From the NCBI GenBank assembly GCA_049323455.1, contig JBMONF010000029.1:3029-67028 (forward strand): 64,000 nucleotides of DNA, written 5' to 3'. The position numbers and the translations under genes are program-made. Below, piece after piece: positions 20,182 through 30,908 of this stretch; positions within the stretch are counted from its first letter, which is position 1; every line of letters begins with the position of its first letter. Under the pieces are notes generated by a model that was given only the letters and a program-made list of their open reading frames with translations, searched no databases and had not been told where the DNA came from. Origin of the DNA: Pseudomonadota bacterium. GTDB lineage: Bacteria > Pseudomonadota > Alphaproteobacteria > Dongiales > Dongiaceae.

Positions 20182-20841
20182 TTACGCGGCGCGCGGCTTG
20201 GAATTGTGGTTCGCCGCCGGGCGCAGCGAGCGGACGGCCAGCTCTTCGGCCACCCAGTCGATATCGCCGCGAACGAAGCCGATGTCCGCCAGCATGTGGT
20301 TGTCGAGCTGGCTCAGCTCCTTGGCCGCCGCGCGATAGCGGCTCCACAGCCGGACCGAGGAGACTTCCGCCTCGGCGTCGGCCTTGGTCCAGGCCGGGGC
20401 TTCGCCCGAGAGGCTCCTCACCAGCGCCGGGATTTCGTCGCGCGTGAGCCCGATGTCGCGCAGCATCCGGTCGTCGAGCGCCATCAGGTTGTGATAGGCG
20501 CGGCGGCGGCGCGCCCAGCGCAGGACCGGGCGGACCAGCATGTCGCGAAGGAACGACCCGATCTCGGCCAGGACCGACCGCTCGACCGGCGCGTAGGCCT
20601 GCGCGGTGAGCTCCGCGATCGTCTCGACGTCGCCGCGGGTGAGGCCGACATCGGCGAGCATCCGCTCGTTCAGCAGCGCCAGCTCCTGCTGCACCTGGTG
20701 CTTGCGGGCGGCATGTCGCCAATGGGCGGCGAGCGCCCGGCCGAACGCGGCAATCCGCGCAAGACCATCGACAGAGGCGCTGGGAACCGGCATCGTCGCG
20801 CGGTCGGCCATCGCCTTTTCCATCTGGGTGAACCCGGTCAT
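20182..20841 (-). CDS. Protein composed of three tandem DUF1127 units
   Basis: Three repeats of the DUF1127 signature W..R.....EL..L.DRML.DIGL.R.DI: aa ~33-76 (LALLNERMLADVGLTRGDV), ~97-141 (LMALDDRMLRDIGLTRDEI) and ~160-198 (LSQLDNHMLADIGFVRGDI). The start is ambiguous (20841, 20823 or 20811). Confidence 0.7.
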   Translation of the reverse strand: MTGFTQMEKAMADRATMPVPSASVDGLARIAAFGRALAAHWRHAARKHQVQQELALLNERMLADVGLTRGDVETIAELTAQAYAPVERSVLAEIGSFLRDMLVRPVLRWARRRRAYHNLMALDDRMLRDIGLTRDEIPALVRSLSGEAPAWTKADAEAEVSSVRLWSRYRAAAKELSQLDNHMLADIGFVRGDIDWVAEELAVRSLRPAANHNSKPRAA

Positions 20842-21108
20842 TTTGAAGGATCCGATTGTCTATTGGTGAGCGGCATTGCCCACCGCTTATGCGAGCAAAA
20901 ATATAGGGAACATCGGGCCGTTGAGGCAGGGGTTTTGCTGCATTGCAGTAATGCGCTAAATGTATAGGTTGCCAAATTATTGACGAATTTTGCATATCAC
21001 GGAAGAGAGTGTGGTAATTTTATGTCGAGCTTGGAGCGCTGAGAACGGGCAGGAGAAGGCAGGGTGGATCAGCCTCTTTTAGGCGGCCGTTACGAGGGCG
21101 ACGAGGCC

Positions 21109-23127
21109 ATGGCTGTGCGCCTGAAATCGAGCGGCTCTCGGTTGGATATCAAGGCGTTGCGCCAACTCGTCGCAGGCGTGCTGGCAGCCCCTCGCGGCGA
21201 GCGTCCGCGCGAGTGGATGGCCCTCGTGGCGGCCGAGCGCGATGCCGCTTTGGAGGCGCAGCTGGAAGCGCTGCTGGCCGAAATGGCGGCAGAGCGCCCG
21301 GCCTCGGGCCCTTGCCGGGGAGCCGCCCAGGTCGAGCGTCTTGCTGCACTGCGAAATGAATTGGCGCGCCATCGTCTGGATGGCTTCCTGGTGCCGCGCG
21401 CCGACGAGTTCCAGGGCGAATATGTGCCGCCCCGGGCCGAGCGGCTGGCCTGGCTCACGGGCTTCACCGGGTCCGCCGGCCTCGCCGTCGTGCTGCGCGA
21501 TCGGGCCGCGATGTTCGTCGACGGCCGCTACACGTTGCAGGTCCGCGACGAGGTCGACGCGGCGCTCTACGAGTATCGCCATCTCTCCAATGAGCCGCCC
21601 GAACGCTGGCTGGCCGAGCATCTGGCCGCGGGTGCCCGGCTCGGCTACGACCCGTGGCTCCACACCGCCGACGGGCTGGCCGCGATCCGCGAAGCCGTCG
21701 AGCGCAAGGGGGCGGCTCTCGTCGCTTGCGAGCGCAATCCACTCGATGCGGTCTGGAGCGACCAGCCGCCGGCGCCGATGGCGCCCGTGGTGGCGCATCC
21801 GGTCCGCTTCGCCGGCCGCGAGGCCGCCGACAAGCGCGCCGCGGTCGGCCGCGAGCTGGAGGCGGCCGGGATCGACGCCGCCGTCATCAGCCAACCGGCA
21901 TCGCTCGCCTGGCTGCTGAATATCCGCGGCGCCGACGTGCCGCGCACGCCGCTGCCGCTGGGCTTTGCGCTCGTGCATCGCGACGGCTCGGTCGAGCTGT
22001 TCATCGAGCCCTTGAAGCTGGTGCCGGGCCTCGAGGCCCATCTCGGCAACGGCGTCTCGGTCTCGCCGCCCTCGGCCTTCGGCGCGGCGCTCGACCGGCT
22101 CGGCGCCGAGCGCCGGCGCGTGCTGGTGGATCGCGGCTCGGCGGCCTTGTGGATCCAGGAGCGGCTGAAGGCGGCCGGCGCCGGGACGGTCGCGGGCGAA
22201 GACCCTTGCCTGCTGCCCAAGGCTTGCAAAAACGAGGTCGAGCTCCAGGGGATGCGGGCCGCGCACGTCCGGGACGGCGTCGCGGTCGCGCGCTTTCTCG
22301 CCTGGCTTGCGAAGCATGCGCCGGCAGGCCGGGTGGACGAGCTTGAGGCGGCCGAGCGCCTGGCCGCGTTCCGCCGCGAGGGCGAGCTCTTCCGCGATTT
22401 CAGCTTCGACACGATCCCGGGCTCGGGGCCCAACGGCGCCATCGTGCATTACCATGCGAGCCCGCGCACCAACCGCAGGCTCCGGCCCGGCGAGCTGTTC
22501 CTGCTCGATTCGGGCGCGCAATATCTCGACGGCACCACCGACATCACGCGCACCGTCGCCATCGGCGCACCTGCGCCCGAGATGCGCGACCGCTTCACCC
22601 GCGTGCTCAAGGGCCATATCGCGCTGGGCTCGGCGCGTTTCCCCCGCGGCACCACCGGCAGCCAGCTCGACGTGCTGGCGCGCCGCGCGCTCTGGGACGT
22701 CGGCCTCGACTACGACCACGGCACGGGCCACGGGGTGGGCAGCTATCTCGCCGTGCACGAAGGGCCGCAGCGCATCTCGAAGCTGCCCAATCGCGTGCCG
22801 CTGCTGCCGGGCATGATCGTGTCGAACGAGCCCGGCTACTACAAGACCGGCGCTTACGGCATCCGCATCGAGAACCTGATCGTGGTGGTGCCCGCCGCGA
22901 CGACCGAGCCGCCGCGCGAAGGCGAATTGCCGATGCTGGGCTTCGAGACGATCACGCTGGCGCCGATCGATCTCGCGCTGGTCGAGCCCGCGCTCATGAC
23001 GCCGGCGGAGATCGCCTGGCTCGACGCCTATCACGCCCGTGTGCGCGAGACGCTGACGCCGCTCCTCGACCGCGAGACGGCCGCCTGGCTTGCCGGCGCG
23101 GCGCGGCCGGTGGGGGCTCTTTCCTAA
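21109..23127 (+). CDS. pepP: Xaa-Pro aminopeptidase (aminopeptidase P, M24B)
   Basis: Creatinase-like N domains (RLDGFLVPRADEFQGEYV...GFTGSAG) and the M24 catalytic motifs (DSGAQYLDGTTDITRT, HGTGHGVGSYLAVHEGP, SNEPGYY, IRIENL). An unusual ~75-90 aa N-terminal extension is present. The start is uncertain (GTG 21064 or ATG 21109). Confidence 0.85.
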   Translation: MAVRLKSSGSRLDIKALRQLVAGVLAAPRGERPREWMALVAAERDAALEAQLEALLAEMAAERPASGPCRGAAQVERLAALRNELARHRLDGFLVPRADEFQGEYVPPRAERLAWLTGFTGSAGLAVVLRDRAAMFVDGRYTLQVRDEVDAALYEYRHLSNEPPERWLAEHLAAGARLGYDPWLHTADGLAAIREAVERKGAALVACERNPLDAVWSDQPPAPMAPVVAHPVRFAGREAADKRAAVGRELEAAGIDAAVISQPASLAWLLNIRGADVPRTPLPLGFALVHRDGSVELFIEPLKLVPGLEAHLGNGVSVSPPSAFGAALDRLGAERRRVLVDRGSAALWIQERLKAAGAGTVAGEDPCLLPKACKNEVELQGMRAAHVRDGVAVARFLAWLAKHAPAGRVDELEAAERLAAFRREGELFRDFSFDTIPGSGPNGAIVHYHASPRTNRRLRPGELFLLDSGAQYLDGTTDITRTVAIGAPAPEMRDRFTRVLKGHIALGSARFPRGTTGSQLDVLARRALWDVGLDYDHGTGHGVGSYLAVHEGPQRISKLPNRVPLLPGMIVSNEPGYYKTGAYGIRIENLIVVVPAATTEPPREGELPMLGFETITLAPIDLALVEPALMTPAEIAWLDAYHARVRETLTPLLDRETAAWLAGAARPVGALS

Positions 23128-23130
23128 GTC

Positions 23131-23156
23131 ATTGCCGGGCTCGACCCGGCAATTCC
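23131..23156. repeat. Hairpin repeat immediately after the pepP stop (GTCATTGCCGGG...CCCGGCAAT type)
   Basis: TTGCCGGG-ctcga-CCCGGCAA is a perfect 8-bp stem. It resembles the GTCATCCCGG/CCGGGATGAC elements at 62359-62478 and 63014-63054. It may double as the pepP terminator. Confidence 0.4.
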
Positions 23157-23360
23157 GGAAAGGGCCTCATGGTGCAGATTTTTGGGGCAGATATTCCCGA
23201 TCGGTCCCCGAGTCGTTCCCGAACGGCGATCCAAGTCACGGCGAACAGGCAAAAACGCCACCGCAGCATGTGTCGGGAATCACGGCGGATTCGTGGTGCA
23301 ACCGGCGAACACGCTTGCGGACACATTTTCCCGCTTCCAGACTCGAAGCGCCAAAGTGAA

Positions 23361-23393
23361 AAGCGGCCCCGAGGCTGCAACTCGGGACCGCTT
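23361..23393 (-). terminator. Intrinsic-terminator-like hairpin, best read on the minus strand
   Basis: AAGCGGCCCCGAG / CTCGGGACCGCTT pair at 12 of 13 positions around a 7-nt loop. On the minus strand the stem is followed by TTTTCACTTT. Confidence 0.3.
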
Positions 23394-23530
23394 CGCTTTG
23401 AGTAGCTTTCTCCAGTTCCCCGGAGGCTACGGAATGGGGACAGCCGCGTGTGCGCGATTCACCCCCTGAGCGTAAAAAGCGTACGCGCGGCTGACTCCAC
23501 AGGTCAAGTGGGAACCATCTGACCACAAGA

Positions 23531-23547
23531 TTGACCTAGGAGGTCAA
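23531..23547 (+). promoter_or_regulatory. Perfect inverted repeat overlapping the Shine-Dalgarno of the DUF3892-like gene
   Basis: TTGACCT-AGG-AGGTCAA. The SD AGGAGG (23538-23543) lies in the loop and the 3' arm, with the ATG at 23549. A third AGGTCAA half-site is at 23501-23507. Confidence 0.35.
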
Positions 23548-23548
23548 A

Positions 23549-23818
23549 ATGGCCGACGTGTGGGTTCAGTGTATCAACAAGACGCCGCGCGACGACACTC
23601 ACCAAGGGATCACCTATCTTGGTGGTCCTGGCTGGAAGTGGACCCGGCAAGAGGTGATTGCCTCGATTAAGAACGGGTCCAACACCTTCTACACCTTCGT
23701 TGGGGGCAAGAGGGCTGACGTGAAGGTGCGTGAGACTGCGGATGGGCGCGAGTACGTCCAGACGCAAGCCGATGGGTACTGGAACGATAATCTTCTCGCG
23801 CTGCCGGAGTGCGTGTAA
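23549..23818 (+). CDS. DUF3892-like small protein
   Basis: 89 aa with a strong SD. The pattern ..INK....D.H.GITYLGG..W.W....VI.SI..G...FYT.VGG..A.V.V......Y.QT.ADG...DNLL.LP.C matches my recollection of DUF3892. G+C and codon usage are atypical for the window. Confidence 0.6.
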   Translation: MADVWVQCINKTPRDDTHQGITYLGGPGWKWTRQEVIASIKNGSNTFYTFVGGKRADVKVRETADGREYVQTQADGYWNDNLLALPECV

Positions 23819-23925
23819 GCGGCAGCTCTGGTGTTTAGAGGTGAGTGAACGGCGGGCAGCGACCGCGCTGCCCGCTTTGCCCGGCTTCCGTTCCCGTTGG
23901 CGAGACGCGGCCCCGGATAGGTGTT

Positions 23926-24975
23926 ATGACGGCGCGATTAAGACGACCCTTCATGGTCATTCAGGAGCGCACATACTCTGAGAAACATTGCTTTTACTGC
24001 GGTGCGCTCTTGCGAGGAAAGGCGACCAGAGAGCATGTGTTCCCGAGATGGCTTCAAGACAAATTCAACCTGCGGCACCAGACGATCCACCTGCTAAATG
24101 GAACGACGATCAGGTATGCCAACTTGACGGTGCCATGCTGCTCCCTATGCAACAACGTGCACTTAGCCAAATTGGAAAGGAAGGTGAAGCGCGTCCTTTT
24201 TGAAGAGCCTATTTGGGTGGCGCGCAGAGAAGCCGCGGACCTGTTCACATGGGCGATAAAGATTTTGCTCGGGGTTGTCTACCGGGAGCGATTTCTGCCG
24301 CGGGATCGGCGAACACATGGATCAGAAACCATCTTGCCAGACGAGCTGAGGAATGCCTTTGAGCTATCCCACTTCTTTGTCCAGCGGCTTCGAGCTCCGA
24401 TGGCCTTCTCTGCCATGGATCTAAAGCTGACGATTCCCGGTTCCATATTCGTATTCAATCTGCAGTCGCCGGACCATGTTGATGCTCAGTTTGATTTCCG
24501 TGACGATATTCTCAATCTCTGCGTGTTCATGAGGATGGGCACCAGAGGGCTTATCGCCGTCGCAGATGGAGGGGCATTGGAGGGAACGCTCGGGAGTACG
24601 ATTCGTCGTGATGCCCGAAGAAAGCTTCATCCACTTCAATTCGAAGAGATGGGGGCGAACTGCTTTTACAAGGCATCTTTGTTCAACCGATCCCCAGCGT
24701 ACATCATAGTCGAGGCGCCGAAGGGTTATCAGATCATTCAGGGGCCGATAGCCGGCATGTCCTCCAGGCCGATTTACGAGGATTGGGACGTGCAGGAATA
24801 TGCGAAGTTCCTTTCATTTTTCACGGGCATTCCGCTTGAGCACGTAAACCCTCAGCCCAATCGGGTGCGGACATGGATGAAGGACCCTGAGGGAAAGCCA
24901 CTGCGTCTGGACATTCGCAAGCATCCTTGGCGAGAGCCTCCTTTGCAATCCACTCAGCCTCTCCGCTCCGTCTAA
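23926..24975 (+). CDS. HNH (His-Me finger)-type nuclease N-terminal module fused to a ~270-aa uncharacterised domain
   Basis: ATG at 23926 follows AGGTG. The N-terminus is HCFYCG...TREHVFPRWL...LLNG...VPCCSLCNNVHLAKLE (CxxC..EH..N..CxxCN..H). The remainder has no motif I recognise. Low G+C with many A/T-ending codons. Alternative start at 23953. Confidence 0.55.
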   Translation: MTARLRRPFMVIQERTYSEKHCFYCGALLRGKATREHVFPRWLQDKFNLRHQTIHLLNGTTIRYANLTVPCCSLCNNVHLAKLERKVKRVLFEEPIWVARREAADLFTWAIKILLGVVYRERFLPRDRRTHGSETILPDELRNAFELSHFFVQRLRAPMAFSAMDLKLTIPGSIFVFNLQSPDHVDAQFDFRDDILNLCVFMRMGTRGLIAVADGGALEGTLGSTIRRDARRKLHPLQFEEMGANCFYKASLFNRSPAYIIVEAPKGYQIIQGPIAGMSSRPIYEDWDVQEYAKFLSFFTGIPLEHVNPQPNRVRTWMKDPEGKPLRLDIRKHPWREPPLQSTQPLRSV

Positions 24976-25041
24976 CCCTGCGCAGCGGTCTCCGTCACTG
25001 CGCGAGGCATGGAAAGATGAGCATGTGCTAGCGAGACCCAC

Positions 25042-28818
<3,777 letters not shown>

Positions 28819-29631
28819 TCAGAAGATGCTGCTGAGCCAGGAGCCTTCCTTGCGTTCCGGCCGCAGACCCTGGCCCGTCAGGAGCGCGTAGGAATCCTGA
28901 TACCATTCGCTGCCGGGGAAGTTGTAGCCGAGCACGGCGGCCGCGGTTTGGGCCTCGTCCTTGACGCCGAGCGCCAGATAGCACTCCACCAGCCGCGACA
29001 GCGCCTCCGGCACATGCGTCGTGGTCTGGTATTTCTCGATCACGGTGCGGAAGCGGTTGATCGCCGCGACCCACTGGCCGCGCGTCTCGTAATAGCGGCC
29101 GATCTCCATCTCCTTGCCGGCGAGGTGATCGCGGGTGAGATCGAGCTTGAGCGAGGCATCGCGCGCATAGTCGGTGTTGGGGAAGCGCGCCACCACTTCG
29201 GCCAGGGCCTGCAGCGCCAGCTCGGTGTTCTTCTGGTCGCGGCCCACATCGGTGATCTGCTCGTAGTAGGAGAGCGCCTTGAGGTAGTAGGCGTAGGGCG
29301 CGTTGCGATGGCCCGGATGCAGCTCGATGAAGCGATCGAGCGCGATGATCGCGTCGTCATACTCGTTGTTGACATAATGCGCATAGGCCGACATCAGCTC
29401 CGCCTGCACCGCCCAGGTCGAGTAGGGATGCTGGCGCTCGACCTCGTCGAACATCTTCGAGGCTTGCTGGAACTTGCCGGCCTGGATCAGGTCGTAGGCC
29501 TTGTTGTAGAGCACCTCGGGCGGCTGCTCCGGGATCTTGGGCTCTTCGGAGCTGCAGGCGCCAAGCGCCAGGCCCGCCGCGACGGCGAAGGCGGCCAACG
29601 CGGGCCGATGGCGGAAAAAGGGGATCGGCAT
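28819..29631 (-). CDS. bamD: Outer-membrane protein assembly factor BamD (ComL/YfiO)
   Basis: ATG at 29631 gives MPIPFFRHRPALAAFAVAAGLALGAC (lipobox). TPR-like body with YNKAYDLIQAGKF..A...F.......P.S.WA.QA.L...YA.Y... Confidence 0.85.
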   Translation of the reverse strand: MPIPFFRHRPALAAFAVAAGLALGACSSEEPKIPEQPPEVLYNKAYDLIQAGKFQQASKMFDEVERQHPYSTWAVQAELMSAYAHYVNNEYDDAIIALDRFIELHPGHRNAPYAYYLKALSYYEQITDVGRDQKNTELALQALAEVVARFPNTDYARDASLKLDLTRDHLAGKEMEIGRYYETRGQWVAAINRFRTVIEKYQTTTHVPEALSRLVECYLALGVKDEAQTAAAVLGYNFPGSEWYQDSYALLTGQGLRPERKEGSWLSSIF

Positions 29632-29766
29632 GAGCTTCGTAATGCGCCTCGACGGGTTCAAGCCGCTGGCATGTCTCACGGATTCCCGATCGTCGGGGCC
29701 GGCGGTCGCGCCGACTATAGGGCTCTCGCCGCAGGCTCTCAAGCGGTGCCCGAGGGGCCCGCGAAA

Positions 29767-30723
29767 TCAGGCGATGGCGCGAGCCTCGGCCGCAGCGCGC
29801 GCGGCCGGCTCTTCCGCTTCCTCGGGCAGGGTGACCCAGCTCCAGGCCTCCGCGTCGGCGAAGAGATGGACGAGGAGGCGGTGGTGCAGCTTGTGGCCGG
29901 AGCGCAGGCCTTCGAAGCGCGCGAGGAGAGGCGCGCCCGCGAGCGCCAAGTCGCCGATCACGTCCAGCGCCTTGTGGCGGGCCAGCTCGTTGGCATAACG
30001 CAGGCCGCCTTCGTTCAGCACCTTGCCGCCATCCACCACCACGGCGTTGTCGAGCGAGGCGCCCTGCGCCAGGCCGGCTGCCTTCAGCGCCTCGGCATCG
30101 GCGAGGAAGCCATAGGTCCGCGCGCGCGCCAGCTCGGCACGGAAGCTGTCGGGCGTGATGCGGCCGTGATAGCTCTGGCGCGACAGCGCGCAAGCGCCGT
30201 AGTCGACCTCGACCGAGATCGTGAAGCCGTCGTCGGGCAAGAGCGCCGCGCGGCGCGCGTCATCGCCGACGACAACCGGCTTGCGCACCGCGATGGCGCG
30301 GCGCGGCGCCGGCTGCAGCACGGTGCCGGCGCACTCGATCAGGAACAGGAAAGGCGCGGCGCTGCCGTCCATGATCGGCAGCTCGGGCGCGTCCACCGCG
30401 ATCTCGGCATTGTCGATGCCGCAGCCGACGAGGGCCGCCATCACGTGCTCGACGGTCGCGACCTGCGAGCCGGCGTCGTTGGCGAGCGCCGTGCAGAGCG
30501 GCAGGTCGCAGACATGGCGCCAGTCGGCCGGGATCGTCGCCGCGGCGCCCGTCAGATCGGTGCGGCGGAAGCGGATCCCGCTGCCGGCGGGGGCGGGATG
30601 GATCGCCATGCGAACGGGCCGGCCGCTATGCAGCCCGATGCCGGAGCAGGTGACGGTGTTGCGCAGCGTGCGCTGGCGGGCGACCGCGGTGGTGTCCGCA
30701 AGTCCGGCGGTGGAGTCGGGCAT
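29767..30723 (-). CDS. lpxC: UDP-3-O-acyl-N-acetylglucosamine deacetylase LpxC
   Basis: 318 aa. RQRTLRNTVTCSGIGLHSG..V.M.IHPA.AGSGI.F.R.D, VEHVMAAL.GCGIDN, and the HK.LD.IGDLAL.G motif. Confidence 0.92.
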   Translation of the reverse strand: MPDSTAGLADTTAVARQRTLRNTVTCSGIGLHSGRPVRMAIHPAPAGSGIRFRRTDLTGAAATIPADWRHVCDLPLCTALANDAGSQVATVEHVMAALVGCGIDNAEIAVDAPELPIMDGSAAPFLFLIECAGTVLQPAPRRAIAVRKPVVVGDDARRAALLPDDGFTISVEVDYGACALSRQSYHGRITPDSFRAELARARTYGFLADAEALKAAGLAQGASLDNAVVVDGGKVLNEGGLRYANELARHKALDVIGDLALAGAPLLARFEGLRSGHKLHHRLLVHLFADAEAWSWVTLPEEAEEPAARAAAEARAIA

Positions 30724-30908
30724 GGGAGTGGGACGTTCCCCTTCTTGATCGGTGCGATCGAGGAATCGGTCCCAGGCAGGGAATCGGCCACGGTCCCGAT
30801 TCGACCGTCAGCCTAGAGGAAGAAGGCTCCCGGGGGCCACCGAAAAGCTCGGCGGCACCCCGGGAAAAGCTGTGGCACCCGTGTCAGAAAGCCGTCAACA
30901 GCATGGCA

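Noticed and set aside
23128-25041. Searched the islet boundaries for att-like direct repeats, tRNA fragments, or integrase/transposase remnants.
   Set aside because: Only short, unconvincing similarities were found (GGAAAG / CATGNTGC near both ends). No recombinase ORF is present, so the mechanism of acquisition is left open.
30724-30908. Two imperfect ~20-bp direct repeats (..CCACCGAAAAGCTCGGCGGCACC / CCGGGAAAAGCTGTGGCACCC..) and a TGGCAC motif between ftsZ and lpxC, considered as a sigma-54 promoter.
   Set aside because: No TTGC follows TGGCAC at the required 5-nt spacing on either strand, and the repeats are weak.
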